A stretch of 64,000 nucleotides of DNA from Reclinomonas americana ATCC 50394 (Eukaryota), in NCBI GenBank assembly GCA_048213135.1, contig PS015009.1, forward strand, positions 1,240,001-1,304,000, written 5' to 3'. Under the pieces are notes generated by a model, which was not told the origin of the DNA, searched no databases, and was given only the letters and a program-made list of their open reading frames with translations. The position numbers were made by a program, and so were the translations under genes. Of this stretch, positions 27,050-37,767 are shown piece by piece. Numbering within the stretch: the first letter of the stretch is position 1; each line of letters starts with the position of its first letter.

Positions 27050-28375
27050 TTATTTGGAATCGAAATTCAGGAGTTCGATCTCGGCGATGAAAGTGTGATC
27101 GAAATTGGTAAGGTTGTCGAATTTGAGGTTCGCTGTTTTGAACTCCAGTTTTGGATATTTCTTTTTCCAGGCGTTGATGATCTCGTTGATCCTGTCGGTG
27201 ATCTTATCGTCATCAAACCTGCCATTGCTTTGTTCGTACAGGCGTTCGCTGAAACCCAGCGCCGAAAAATAATCGGCATAATTGACTTGCATAAACAACT
27301 CAAACAATTGCGAAAGCGGCTTGGGCAGACTGTAGCTGTACTGGCAATAGGAGATGCCGTATTCGCATATTTGCTGGGCCAGTAAAGGATGGCCGTTATC
27401 GCGGTACCAGATCATATTGTTGCTGGCGCCGCGAATGGCTTCTGCAACACTGGCGTGGTTTTGCGGGGCTACAATGGCAAAGCTGCTTTTACTGCGGAAC
27501 AGGTTGCGGAAAAAATCTTCTTTGTTGTGAGCGGCGAATTTTTCAATGGCCTCAATCATGGCACTGTTCTTTTCCGTTGCCGGTTTTTCATCTTTTGTAA
27601 AATAGAGTACCGGTATTTTTTCCAGTTCGGCCTGTAAAGATCCTTCGGGTGTTACCAGGTAATCGATACGGAAGGCGAGGGTTAACAGGAGGTAAGAAAT
27701 ACCACCGCTGAATTTTTCCGCGTCGAGTGTTTGTATATACTCAAGCGTATCCTTTATCCATTTTTGCGTGAAGTTGTACTTGACTTCTTTCTCCGCATCA
27801 GGAACAGCTTCCACGTGATCGGCATCAAGTGTTTCGAGGGCGCTGAAATCCTGTACCAGCAAGTCATCCTGTTTATCGGCCTTGGTGGCCAGTTCTTTCA
27901 GCCCGTAATACAGCTTATTGGGATTGGCCGTTTCTATATCGCTGTCGAACCGCATGCACAGGCGCTCGCCATCCAGTGAGTAGCGGCTGTAATACAGTGA
28001 AAAGTTCTGCTCCAGCAGGCGGCGCATTACCGGTACTGAAGGTTGTGCCATACGGGCCAGGGTCACTTCGGCCTGCACATGATCGCCATTACCGGTACCC
28101 CGTACAATTTTAGAGCCCTGGTAAATCTCGAAACTGAAACCGGGCGCCCCGTTATTGCGGCTGAACCTTACATTATCGGCTGCATCATCCCGCAGGTAAT
28201 CAAAAAAGGCCTCAATGCTTTCTTCGTATTTTTTGTCTTTGTAAAGATTGTCGGCATCCGTCCACCGGTTCGTCTTTTCCACCGATTTGTTGTTATCGCT
28301 ATAGCGACCAAAACGTATCGATGGTCTTGTGGCGGCGGGTTCTTTTTTACCCCAGCCAAATAGTTTATCCAGCAT
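27050..28375 (-). CDS. Hypothetical cytoplasmic protein with YbjN-like domain and helical C-terminus
   Basis: 441-aa ORF, 23 nt upstream of protease; RRLLEQNF...SRYSLDG...ADKQDDLL segment resembles the protease C-domain. Confidence 0.75.
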   Translation of the reverse strand: MLDKLFGWGKKEPAATRPSIRFGRYSDNNKSVEKTNRWTDADNLYKDKKYEESIEAFFDYLRDDAADNVRFSRNNGAPGFSFEIYQGSKIVRGTGNGDHVQAEVTLARMAQPSVPVMRRLLEQNFSLYYSRYSLDGERLCMRFDSDIETANPNKLYYGLKELATKADKQDDLLVQDFSALETLDADHVEAVPDAEKEVKYNFTQKWIKDTLEYIQTLDAEKFSGGISYLLLTLAFRIDYLVTPEGSLQAELEKIPVLYFTKDEKPATEKNSAMIEAIEKFAAHNKEDFFRNLFRSKSSFAIVAPQNHASVAEAIRGASNNMIWYRDNGHPLLAQQICEYGISYCQYSYSLPKPLSQLFELFMQVNYADYFSALGFSERLYEQSNGRFDDDKITDRINEIINAWKKKYPKLEFKTANLKFDNLTNFDHTFIAEIELLNFDSK

Positions 28376-28567
28376 GTATCACAAATTAGGTCAACTAAGT
28401 TATGCAGTTTTGGCGTACCGATAGCATGTGGAGGGGGCATTTTTATCAGTGGCGGCACCCCCTGCCCCGTAAGGCCTTCCGCCAGTCTAAAATAATGCCC
28501 GGGAGTTCGGAAATACCCTGTATTTTAGCCCTGTTATTTTATATATTTGCGAACTAAAGAAAAATTT

Positions 28568-29683
28568 ATGAAGTTCATCGTTTCCTCATCGGCCCTCCTG
28601 AAGCAGCTGCAACAGATCAGTGGTGTGATCAATGCCAATACGGTGTTGCCCATACTGGAAGATTTCCTTTTCGAGATTGAAAAGAGCAAACTTACCGTTG
28701 TAGCTACCGACCTGGAAACCGTGATGAAAGTTCACCTGGACGTTGAGGCCAAAGACAGCGGCAAGGTTTGTATCCCCGCTAAGATCCTGATGGATTCGCT
28801 GAAAAACATCCCGGAACAACCGCTGACCTTCAATATCGACAAAAATTTCGCGGTGGAGATCACCAGCGATAACGGTAAGTATAAAGTGATGGGCGAAAAC
28901 CCCGATAACTTCCCTAAAGAACCAGCCGCCGACGATGCCAATGCTTTTACCATGAGCTCCTCCGCCCTGGTAACCGCCATTAATAAAACACTGTTTGCCG
29001 TAAGCAATGATGACCTGCGCCCGGCCATGACAGGTGTTTTCTTTGAGCTGGATAAAAAGGGTATCACTTTCGTGGCTACCGATGCACACCGCCTGGTACG
29101 CTACGGCCGCACAGATGTGAGCTGCCCTAAAAAAGACGCTTTCATCGTTCCCAAAAAACCATTGAACCTGCTCAAAAGTGCATTGCCCGACAATGACGAC
29201 GAACTGCAGGTTTCTTATAACAGCAACCACCTGTTTGTGGTGCATGGCGGAACCGAACTGGTATGCCGCCTCATCGATGCCCGTTTCCCCGATTACAAAG
29301 TGGTGATCCCCGCTGATAACCCGTACAAAATGACGGTGAACAAAAGCGATTTTCAAAATGCACTGCGTCGTGTAAGTGTGTTCAGTAATAAAAGCACCAA
29401 CCAGGTAGCGCTTAACATCAGCGGCAGTGAACTGCAACTGGCTGCGCAGGATGTTGACTTCAGTTTTGAGGGTAACGAACGCATGTCGTGCCAGTACGAT
29501 GGTGAAGACCTGCAGATCGCTTTCAATGCCCGTTTCCTGATTGAGATGCTGGGCGGCGCTGATACGCCTGAGGTGAATATGGAGTTAAGTACACCTACTA
29601 AAGCGGGTATCATTAAACCAACAGAGCAGGATGAGAATGAAGAACTGCTGATGCTGGTGATGCCACTGATGCTGAATAATTAA
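28568..29683 (+). CDS. dnaN: DNA polymerase III beta clamp
   Basis: VATDLE, RPAMTGV, VATDAHRL, RFPDY, IAFNARFL, LVMPLML; TATATTTG promoter at 28542-28549. Confidence 0.97.
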   Translation: MKFIVSSSALLKQLQQISGVINANTVLPILEDFLFEIEKSKLTVVATDLETVMKVHLDVEAKDSGKVCIPAKILMDSLKNIPEQPLTFNIDKNFAVEITSDNGKYKVMGENPDNFPKEPAADDANAFTMSSSALVTAINKTLFAVSNDDLRPAMTGVFFELDKKGITFVATDAHRLVRYGRTDVSCPKKDAFIVPKKPLNLLKSALPDNDDELQVSYNSNHLFVVHGGTELVCRLIDARFPDYKVVIPADNPYKMTVNKSDFQNALRRVSVFSNKSTNQVALNISGSELQLAAQDVDFSFEGNERMSCQYDGEDLQIAFNARFLIEMLGGADTPEVNMELSTPTKAGIIKPTEQDENEELLMLVMPLMLNN

Positions 29684-29708
29684 TTTCTATTTTCAGATAT
29701 AATTTTGG

Positions 29709-29738
29709 AACCCCGGCAATGCCGGGGTTTTGTTTTTT
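29709..29738 (+). terminator. Intrinsic terminator after dnaN
   Basis: aaccccggc-aat-gccggggtt followed by ttgtttttt. Confidence 0.85.
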
Positions 29739-29924
29739 GCCGCAAAGAATAAGAGAACGCTAAGGTTGCGCTAAGATATACGCTGAGAACTCCGGACCTC
29801 TGTGTCCTGCGATTAAAAAACATGCTATGTTCTGTGTCTGCCCCTGAAAAAACAACCGGCTTTCCCGCCCGGAATTCCCGGCCTGCTCAAGTGTAATTGC
29901 CCCGGAATTCCAAATATTAATTTT

Positions 29925-29940
29925 TGTTCCACGTGGTTCA
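29925..29940. promoter_or_regulatory. Degenerate parS-like site
   Basis: TGTTCCACGTGGTTCA, 14/16 to palindrome TGTTCCACGTGGAACA, intergenic. Confidence 0.4.
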
Positions 29941-30029
29941 GTACCAGTAAGGCTTCCGGCACTTTCGCACAGTTTGTGCATAAAATGACAAGGGATGAAA
30001 AAATTCCTTTCGCTAAAATTGTAAAATAT

Positions 30030-30252
30030 TATGGTTGCAGTTTTCCGTTCCCGGTAACTGCATTAAAAGGGAATACCGGTGCAAGTCCGGAACTATCCCC
30101 GTAGCTGTGAGGTGAGGCCGGTAGCAAAGGCAAATCCACTCTTGCTCCACTACCCAGCCCATGTTCGATCTTAGAACCACTGCCGATCCTGGTGCAAGCC
30201 GTTTCAGCGGGAAGGTGATCAACAGCCGACCAAGTCAGAAGACCTGCCATAA
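30030..30252 (+). ncRNA. Cobalamin (AdoCbl) riboswitch
   Basis: ggt...taaaagggaataccggtgcaagtccggaactatccccgtagctgtga, ccactg, gggaagg, B12 box aagtcagaagacctgcc; boundaries approximate. Confidence 0.93.
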
Positions 30253-30382
30253 TTAATCATACTGTTTTATTGCTTTCGGGTGAAAAGCGCCGAACTGATC
30301 AATTGAAAGGAAATTCCTTCCTGCTGTAATCGGCTCCACTCTTCATCCCCGGCACTTGCTAAATGCTTAATTTTTTTGAACT

Positions 30383-31348
30383 ATGGAGAATGAATTGCTA
30401 TTAAGGGAGAACAAAGACCGTTTTGTGATCCTGCCGATCAACTACCCCCAGATATGGGAACAATATAAAAAGCATGAGGCCAGCTTCTGGACGGCAGAAG
30501 AGATCGACCTCAGCGGTGATATGAAAGACTGGGAAAGCCTCAACGATGGCGAACGCCATTTCATTTCACATGTACTGGCCTTCTTCGCCGCCAGCGACGG
30601 TATTGTGAACGAGAACCTGGCCGTCAACTTCATGAGTGAAGTGCAGCTGCCCGAAGCCCGCTGTTTCTATGGCTTCCAGATCATGATGGAAAACATCCAC
30701 TCAGAAACCTACGCCCTGCTCATCGATACCTATATTAAAGACCCGCAGGAAAAGAACCGCCTCTTCCATGCCATCGATACGGTACCCGCCGTTACTAAAA
30801 AAGCGGAGTGGGCCCTTCGCTGGATCGAGAACGGCACATTCGCTGAAAGGCTTGTGGCCTTTGCCGCCGTGGAAGGTATTTTCTTCAGCGGCAGCTTCTG
30901 CTCCATCTTCTGGTTAAAGAAAAGAGGGTTGATGCCGGGCCTTACCTTCAGCAACGAACTCATCAGCCGCGATGAAGGCCTGCACTGCGAATTCGCCTGC
31001 CTGCTCTACAGCATGCTGCAGAACAAACTCAGCGAAGAACAGGTACACGGCATCATCAGCAACGCAGTTGAAATAGAAAAAGAATTTATTACCGAAGCGC
31101 TGCCCGTAGCCCTAATTGGTATGAACGCCACGCTGATGCAGCAATACATTGAATTTGTTGCCGACCGCTGGCTGGTTGCCCTGGGATACAGCAAGATCTA
31201 CAATGCCGCTAACCCCTTCGACTTCATGGAAATGATATCGCTGCAGGGTAAGACCAACTTTTTTGAAAAACGTGTTGGCGACTACCAGAAATCGGGCGTG
31301 ATGAACAGTTCCGAAGCCAACGCTTTCAGCCTCGACGAAGACTTTTAA
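30383..31348 (+). CDS. nrdB: Class Ia ribonucleotide reductase beta subunit
   Basis: [21 protein letters not shown] (radical Tyr), [25 protein letters not shown]. Confidence 0.97.
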   Translation: MENELLLRENKDRFVILPINYPQIWEQYKKHEASFWTAEEIDLSGDMKDWESLNDGERHFISHVLAFFAASDGIVNENLAVNFMSEVQLPEARCFYGFQIMMENIHSETYALLIDTYIKDPQEKNRLFHAIDTVPAVTKKAEWALRWIENGTFAERLVAFAAVEGIFFSGSFCSIFWLKKRGLMPGLTFSNELISRDEGLHCEFACLLYSMLQNKLSEEQVHGIISNAVEIEKEFITEALPVALIGMNATLMQQYIEFVADRWLVALGYSKIYNAANPFDFMEMISLQGKTNFFEKRVGDYQKSGVMNSSEANAFSLDEDF

Positions 31349-31426
31349 TCGCTATCCGCGGTTCCCGGTGCTTACCACATCAACAAGGGAACCGCGGCAT
31401 AGTATCACTATACTAAACCCATTGCC

Positions 31427-33817
31427 ATGTACGTAATCAAGAGAAACGGAAGACAAGAGTCGATCAAGTTCGACAAAGTAACAGCCCGCATACAGAAGCT
31501 GAGCTACAGCCTGAGCCCGCTGGTTAACCCCATTGATGTTGCTAAAAAAGTGATTGAAGGCATTTACGATGGTGTGCCTACCACGGAGCTGGATAACCTG
31601 GCCGCTGAAACCGCCGCGTCGCTCACCACCAAGCACCCCGACTATGCCCTGCTCGCCAGCCGCATCGCGGTAAGCAACCTGCACAAAAACACCATCAAGT
31701 CTTTTTCGGAAACGATGGAAAAACTATATCACTATGTAGATAAAGGCTCCGGTAAAAAAATGCCGCTGCTGGCCGATGATGTGTACGAGATCATCAAAGC
31801 CAACGCGGAACTGCTCGACAGCACGATCATCTACGACCGCGACTTTGGTTTTGATTACTTCGGATTTAAAACGCTGGAAAAATCTTACCTGCTGAAAATA
31901 GACGGCAAGATCGCCGAGCGCCCGCAGCATATGTATATGCGTGTGGCCATCGGCATACATAAAACTGATATCGAAAGCGCCATCAAAACCTATAACCTGA
32001 TGAGCGAACGCTGGTTTACACATGCCACGCCAACACTTTTCAACGCCGGCACACCAAAACCACAGATGTCATCCTGCTTTTTGCTGACCATGAAAGACGA
32101 CAGCATTGATGGCATTTACGACACACTCAAACAAACAGCTAAAATTTCACAAAGTGCCGGGGGTATTGGCCTGGCTATTCATAACATCCGTGCAACGGGC
32201 AGTTATATCGGCGGCACCAACGGCACCAGCAATGGCATCATTCCCATGCTGCGGGTATTCAATGATACCGCCCGCTATGTAGACCAGGGCGGCGGCAAAC
32301 GTAAAGGCGCTTTTGCCATTTACCTGGAACCCTGGCACGCGGATGTTTTTGAATTCCTCGACCTGAGAAAAAATCATGGTAAGGAAGAAATGCGTGCCCG
32401 TGACCTGTTCTACGCCCTGTGGATTTGCGATCTGTTCATGAAACGTGTGGAAGACAACGGCGAATGGAGCCTGTTCTGTCCCAATGAAGCGCCGGGCCTG
32501 AGTGACAGCTGGGGTGCGGAATTTGAAAAATTATATGTGGAATATGAAGCGGCAGGCAAAGCCCGCAAAACAGTAAAGGCGCAGGACCTCTGGTTTGCCA
32601 TACTGGAATCCCAGATCGAAACCGGCACACCTTATATGTTGTATAAAGATGCTGCCAACAGCAAAAGCAATCAGCAGAACCTGGGCACTATCAAAAGCAG
32701 CAACCTGTGCACAGAGATCATGGAATATACCAGTCCTGATGAAGTAGCCGTTTGCAACCTGGCCTCCCTGGCATTGCCGCGTTTCGTGATCGACGGAAAA
32801 TTCGATCACCAGAAATTATATGAAGTAACGTACGAGGTTACCCGAAACCTGAACAAGATCATCGATTATAACTATTACCCTGTTGAGGAAGCCCGCACGT
32901 CCAACCTGCGTCATCGCCCTATCGGATTAGGTGTACAGGGCCTGGCCGATGTATTCATCCTGCTGCGCCTGCCGTTTGAAAGCGAGTTCGCCAAAATGCT
33001 CAACAAGAATATTTTTGAAACGATCTACTTCGCTGCCGTTACAGCAAGCATGGACCTGGCCAAACAGGACGGTGCTTACGAAACCTTTGCCGGATCTCCC
33101 ATGTCGAAAGGCATTTTCCAGTTTGACATGTGGGGCGCAGAACCAACCGACCGCTGGGATTGGGAAAGCCTGCGTAAGAATGTGATGGAACACGGTGTTC
33201 GCAACTCCCTGCTCGTAGCACCTATGCCTACCGCTTCCACATCGCAGATACTTGGCAACAACGAATGTTTTGAACCTTATACTTCCAACATCTATACCCG
33301 TCGTGTACTGAGCGGTGAATTCATTGTGGTGAACAAACACCTGCTGAAAGACCTGGTGCAACTGGGCCTGTGGAACAACGATATGAAGAACAGGATCATT
33401 GCCGCGAATGGTTCCGTTCAGAACATCAAACAAATACCAGAGGATATTAAGGAATTGTACAAAACCGTTTGGGAGATCAAACAACGCTGTATTATCGATA
33501 TGGCTGCCGACAGGGGCGCTTATATCTGCCAGTCGCAGTCGCTCAACCTGTTCGTGGACACACCCACTTCATCCAAATTGACTTCCATGCATTTTTACGC
33601 CTGGAAAAAAGGATTGAAGACCGGTATGTACTACCTCCGTTCACAAGCCGCTGCACAGGCTGTTCAGTTCACCATTGAAAAACAAGCCGACAATGAAATG
33701 GAACCCGTGATACCGGTTGTGGCCCAGGGTGAAGAGAACAACCTCGATGACATCACCACCGATTTCAATGCACCATCCTGCAGCATGGAAGACGGTTGTG
33801 TGACCTGCAGTTCATAG
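31427..33817 (+). CDS. nrdA: Class Ia ribonucleotide reductase alpha subunit with ATP cone
   Basis: VIKRNG ATP cone, [30 protein letters not shown]-terminal CVTC. Confidence 0.97.
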   Translation: MYVIKRNGRQESIKFDKVTARIQKLSYSLSPLVNPIDVAKKVIEGIYDGVPTTELDNLAAETAASLTTKHPDYALLASRIAVSNLHKNTIKSFSETMEKLYHYVDKGSGKKMPLLADDVYEIIKANAELLDSTIIYDRDFGFDYFGFKTLEKSYLLKIDGKIAERPQHMYMRVAIGIHKTDIESAIKTYNLMSERWFTHATPTLFNAGTPKPQMSSCFLLTMKDDSIDGIYDTLKQTAKISQSAGGIGLAIHNIRATGSYIGGTNGTSNGIIPMLRVFNDTARYVDQGGGKRKGAFAIYLEPWHADVFEFLDLRKNHGKEEMRARDLFYALWICDLFMKRVEDNGEWSLFCPNEAPGLSDSWGAEFEKLYVEYEAAGKARKTVKAQDLWFAILESQIETGTPYMLYKDAANSKSNQQNLGTIKSSNLCTEIMEYTSPDEVAVCNLASLALPRFVIDGKFDHQKLYEVTYEVTRNLNKIIDYNYYPVEEARTSNLRHRPIGLGVQGLADVFILLRLPFESEFAKMLNKNIFETIYFAAVTASMDLAKQDGAYETFAGSPMSKGIFQFDMWGAEPTDRWDWESLRKNVMEHGVRNSLLVAPMPTASTSQILGNNECFEPYTSNIYTRRVLSGEFIVVNKHLLKDLVQLGLWNNDMKNRIIAANGSVQNIKQIPEDIKELYKTVWEIKQRCIIDMAADRGAYICQSQSLNLFVDTPTSSKLTSMHFYAWKKGLKTGMYYLRSQAAAQAVQFTIEKQADNEMEPVIPVVAQGEENNLDDITTDFNAPSCSMEDGCVTCSS

Positions 33818-33828
33818 ATAAAAATCAT

Positions 33829-34332
33829 ATGGTCAGCCAGCCTGAACATCATACAGGAGATCCCGGCCCGGCAGCGCATTCCCCGCTGCTGAGCTGGGAT
33901 ATTTTTTTGAACCGGTACCGGGTGATAATGCAGTTGCTCGACGACGCACAACGCATCTACCGCTTTGGGCAGTCTAATGGGTGGCACCACCACTGGGATT
34001 TCAGGAAGATATTGCTTGAAGAAAGCAAGACTATTCTTGTTACCCAAAAAGACCTCACCATTGTATGCGCCAGCAGCAACATAACGGACATGACCGGTTA
34101 TTACACGGACGAGGTCATCGGTAAAACGCCACGCTTTTTCCAGGGACCCGCCACACAGGCTGAAACACGACAGATCATCCACAATGCGGTGCAGGAGCAG
34201 CTTCCTTTTGAAGCCACCCTCATCAATTATAAAAAATCCGGCGATCCTTACGATTGTTATATCCAGGGCTTCCCCGTTTTTAACAGCGGCAGGCAACTAT
34301 GCCACTTCATTGCCTTTGAACAGGCTGTTTAA
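33829..34332 (+). CDS. Stand-alone PAS/PAC protein (LOV-like but lacking the photoactive Cys)
   Basis: MTGY..DEVIGKTPRFFQGPAT, LINYKKSG; ATG 11 nt after nrdA stop. Confidence 0.85.
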   Translation: MVSQPEHHTGDPGPAAHSPLLSWDIFLNRYRVIMQLLDDAQRIYRFGQSNGWHHHWDFRKILLEESKTILVTQKDLTIVCASSNITDMTGYYTDEVIGKTPRFFQGPATQAETRQIIHNAVQEQLPFEATLINYKKSGDPYDCYIQGFPVFNSGRQLCHFIAFEQAV

Positions 34333-34448
34333 ATAAGAACCCCACCGCTCCTGTAATCGGGTTAACGCCTCCATTCTTTTTGATTATCTTTCGAAACCGC
34401 GCTAACTGCGGTAAACTGCTCATCATTTCATCTTAAAAGACCAGGACA

Positions 34449-35789
34449 ATGACTATTCGTAAGACACTATTGCCGCTGATCGCTTTACTATTTGCGCAAA
34501 CGGCATTTTCTCAAACCATGTGGAAGTATTTTACCGCGGATGACTTTGCCGCCCGCAGGAAAAAACTCATGGAAAAAATTGGCGATGCCGTTGCCGTTAT
34601 ACAGGGCGCCGAATTACCCGAAGGCTACATCAAGTTCCGCCAGGATAATAACTTCTATTACCTGAGTGGTGTGGAAGTGCCCGACGCGGTAATGATCATC
34701 GATGGCAGGAACAAACGTTCCATCCTGCTGGTGCCCGACGATATTCCCAATGACATCAAACAGGAAGCCACGATCAAACCCGGAAAAGATGCGGAAGCGG
34801 AATATAAGTTTGACCAGGTGGTATCCCGCAGCAGGCTTACCGATTACCTGCAGTTTGGCGCTATGAGTAATCCCAATTTTTACCTGGTAACCACACCGGA
34901 GGAGACGATTGAAATGAGCCGCGACCGCTGTACCCTGCTTCGTTCCAAACGCCTGAACGATCCGTGGGACGGGCGCATTTCCAAGGAAGTGAATTTTTAT
35001 AATAAGATCCGTGAACGCATCCCATCAATTACCATCAAAAACCTGAGCCCGCTGCTCGATGAAATGCGTTCGGTAAAAGATGAAAAAGAGATCGCCGTAT
35101 TGCGTGAGTGCGGACGCATTGGCTGCCTGGGCATCAATGAGGCCATCCGCGTTACCCGCCCCGGCATATACGAATACCAGACCGTTGCCGCCTGCGACTT
35201 TGTTTATGAAAATATGGGCGCTTCTTTTCCCGCTTATTACGCTATCGCCGCTTCGGGTGAAAGAGGGCTCATCTGGCATTACAACGCCAATAACCACCTG
35301 CTGGAAAATGGTACTGTATTGCTAATAGACTATGCACCTGAGCTGAACTACTATACCACCGACATTACCCGTACCTGGCCGGTGAACGGCAAGTTCGACG
35401 AACAGCAACTGAAGTTTTACGAGTGTTTAAAAGATGCCCGCAACACCATCATCGCCGCCATGAAACCCGGCGTTACGTATAAAGACCTGCAGGAAGTGGG
35501 CAAGGCCGTTTACACCAAACACGGTTTCGCGGAATACTGGATGGGTTATGTGGGTCACTTTGTAGGCATGGCCGTACATGATGTGGGCGATTATAAAAAA
35601 CCATTCGTTAAAGGAACCGTATTCAATGTGGAGCCGATCATTGAAGATAAAAAACTGAAAATCCACCTCCGCCTCGAAGACACCATCGTGGTAACGGAAA
35701 CCGGTTCGGAAAACCTTACCCCGCAATCACCCGTAAATGTGGAAGACATCTATAAATTGATTAAAGAGAAAGGTGTAGGAGAACAATAA
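34449..35789 (+). CDS. Exported Xaa-Pro aminopeptidase (M24B)
   Basis: Signal peptide; FRQDNNFYYLSG, YTTDITRTWP, GHFVGMAVHD, VEP, RLED. Confidence 0.92.
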   Translation: MTIRKTLLPLIALLFAQTAFSQTMWKYFTADDFAARRKKLMEKIGDAVAVIQGAELPEGYIKFRQDNNFYYLSGVEVPDAVMIIDGRNKRSILLVPDDIPNDIKQEATIKPGKDAEAEYKFDQVVSRSRLTDYLQFGAMSNPNFYLVTTPEETIEMSRDRCTLLRSKRLNDPWDGRISKEVNFYNKIRERIPSITIKNLSPLLDEMRSVKDEKEIAVLRECGRIGCLGINEAIRVTRPGIYEYQTVAACDFVYENMGASFPAYYAIAASGERGLIWHYNANNHLLENGTVLLIDYAPELNYYTTDITRTWPVNGKFDEQQLKFYECLKDARNTIIAAMKPGVTYKDLQEVGKAVYTKHGFAEYWMGYVGHFVGMAVHDVGDYKKPFVKGTVFNVEPIIEDKKLKIHLRLEDTIVVTETGSENLTPQSPVNVEDIYKLIKEKGVGEQ

Positions 35790-35805
35790 TGAAAGAGGGA
35801 AAGAA

Positions 35806-36495
35806 TTAAGGAATGAAGGAATTGGGAGTAGTTATATTCTTCAATTTCTTCATTTTTTCATTCCTTAATTTCTTCATTCTAAAAATGATCCATTCAGCAA
35901 TCAGTAAGTTCAGCATCCATCCCAGCCAGGCGATAACGCGGTAACGGTCCATAGGCGCCATATCGGTAAAATTGGCAATGATCACTTTCCAGATGCGCAG
36001 GCTCACCGCCGATAAGGTGAGTGCAAAACTGCGGATCATGAAAACCCGGTGCGCCATAAATTGTTTCTTCACCGCCTTATAAAGGGCAATAGCCGTGAAT
36101 GCGATCCACAGCACCGACAGCAGCACAAACCCGATACGGGAAGAAATACCACCATTGGCATAAAAGCTCATCAGCAGGCCCGCGGGCCCGGTTATCATTA
36201 AGATGTTGATCACATAAGCATACCCCATGGCCCGGTGCAGCCGTGGTCTTTCTTTAACCAATTTTTTGGAGAACTGTGTAAATCCCGCCAGCAGGGCAAA
36301 CAGGCTGCTGAACACATGCACATAAAAAGCAATCCGCCACTCTGTAATGTGCAGGTAACTTTGTTTCAGTTGCAGGAAGGCCGTATCGGGTTCCATGGGT
36401 ATATAAGCCCAGATGATCCGCAGCATCAGGAATGAAAAATACCCCAGCGAAAAAAGCAGGAATAACGTAATGGCGTATTTGTAGCGTGCTGGCAA
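35806..36495 (-). CDS. DUF2306-like membrane protein
   Basis: Multiple TM segments; FYVHV, LHRAMG.AY, HRVFMIRSFALT; start uncertain. Confidence 0.8.
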   Translation of the reverse strand: MPARYKYAITLFLLFSLGYFSFLMLRIIWAYIPMEPDTAFLQLKQSYLHITEWRIAFYVHVFSSLFALLAGFTQFSKKLVKERPRLHRAMGYAYVINILMITGPAGLLMSFYANGGISSRIGFVLLSVLWIAFTAIALYKAVKKQFMAHRVFMIRSFALTLSAVSLRIWKVIIANFTDMAPMDRYRVIAWLGWMLNLLIAEWIIFRMKKLRNEKMKKLKNITTPNSFIP

Positions 36496-36526
36496 AAAAT
36501 GTGTATTTTACAAAAAACCTTATGAT

Positions 36527-37264
36527 ATGAAATATATCAGTTCCCTCTGCCTCCTGTTGCTGGCCCTGTACGGTTGCAGCGACCAGAACAAAAGTTCTGC
36601 CGATAAAAATACAGATAAAGAAATGATCACCAATAACCCCATCGTTACGGCGGTAAACCTGCTGGGTTCTTACGTGGGCGCTTTTGGTGATAATAAGATC
36701 ACGCTGCTGATCACCAAAGCAACAGGCGATTCCGTTGCGGGAAGAAGCATCGTAGGCGGTAACGACAGGCCTTTTACCGGCACGATGTCGGTGAGTGGCG
36801 ACAGCTACACCATTAATGCCAAAGAACCAGGCGATAATCAATACGATGGTGTTTTCCATTTTACGATCGACGCGGCAAAACCCAACGAGGTCAGCGGCAA
36901 CTGGGTGCCCAACAAACCCACCGCAACACTGAAAGAGAAATCCTATTCTCTCCTGCGCCGCGAATTCCGTTACCTGCAGGACGTAGGCTCTTATCCCGAA
37001 GCGTCCAAAAGACTGCTTACCGAGGCTGATGTGGAGAATTTGGTAAAACCCGAACTGGAATTGATGCGTAATGAAATATTTGCCCGCCACGGTTACTGCT
37101 TTCAGAAAAAAGCACTGCGCCAGCAATTTGAGAACTTTGACTGGTATATTCCCAACACCGTTGACGTAAAGAAAGACCTTACCGAAACAGAAAAGAAGAA
37201 CATCGCCCTGATTAAAAAGTACGAAAAATACGCCGAAGAATACGGGGACGACTTTGGCCGTTAA
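36527..37264 (+). CDS. YARHG-domain lipoprotein
   Basis: Lipobox LYGC; LMRNEIFARHGYCF...WY...E..NI..IK.YE. Confidence 0.9.
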   Translation: MKYISSLCLLLLALYGCSDQNKSSADKNTDKEMITNNPIVTAVNLLGSYVGAFGDNKITLLITKATGDSVAGRSIVGGNDRPFTGTMSVSGDSYTINAKEPGDNQYDGVFHFTIDAAKPNEVSGNWVPNKPTATLKEKSYSLLRREFRYLQDVGSYPEASKRLLTEADVENLVKPELELMRNEIFARHGYCFQKKALRQQFENFDWYIPNTVDVKKDLTETEKKNIALIKKYEKYAEEYGDDFGR

Positions 37265-37269
37265 AACAT

Positions 37270-37728
37270 ATGAGCGAATACTTACAGATTGGCGCCTTCG
37301 ATAATTACCTGCTGGCCCACATGACATTGGGATTGCTGAAAGACAACGGGATCGACTGCCATTTTAAAGATGAACATATTGTCACAGTTGACCCCTTCCT
37401 GAATAATGCCGTAGGTGGCATTAAATTGCTGGTGGCCCCGGCCGATATGGAACGTGCCCGATCACTGATCAAAGAAGCGGAAGCCGATTACCTGAAAAAT
37501 ATTGCCTGCCCCCGTTGCGGTAACCACACCCTGGTGGCCGAAGAAAATACGGATACCCCAACCGGCATGCTGGGCAAACTGAAGAATATGCTGTTGTTCG
37601 GGCAAACCAGTACGTATGAAAAAGTTTACCGCTGCAGCAGCTGCCATTTAGCTGTTAAGGACCTGCCTGCTCCGGAATATGAAGATACACCCGGTGATGA
37701 AGAAACACAAGACCAGCCCGGGCAGTAA
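37270..37728 (+). CDS. DUF2007-like protein with Zn ribbon
   Basis: LKDNGI...DE......P.LNNAVGGIKLLV; CPRC...CSSC. Confidence 0.8.
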   Translation: MSEYLQIGAFDNYLLAHMTLGLLKDNGIDCHFKDEHIVTVDPFLNNAVGGIKLLVAPADMERARSLIKEAEADYLKNIACPRCGNHTLVAEENTDTPTGMLGKLKNMLLFGQTSTYEKVYRCSSCHLAVKDLPAPEYEDTPGDEETQDQPGQ

Positions 37729-37767
37729 GTTAATAACCAATGCCCGGACCAGTTGTGTGATCCCCCT

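Noticed and set aside
27807-27822. Second parS-like site (ttccacgtga)
   Set aside because: Only the core matches and it lies inside a CDS.
28376-30030. oriC next to dnaN
   Set aside because: No dnaA and no cluster of TTATCCACA boxes seen; dnaN is commonly unlinked from dnaA in Bacteroidota.
33829-34332. LOV blue-light photoreceptor
   Set aside because: The adduct-forming Cys of GxNCRFLQ is replaced by Pro.
36254-37327. 357-aa minus-strand ORF and other long antisense ORFs (e.g. 20829-21755, 28586-29437, 45126-46025, 63007-63882)
   Set aside because: They overlap well-supported genes on the opposite strand and show no motifs; shadow ORFs.
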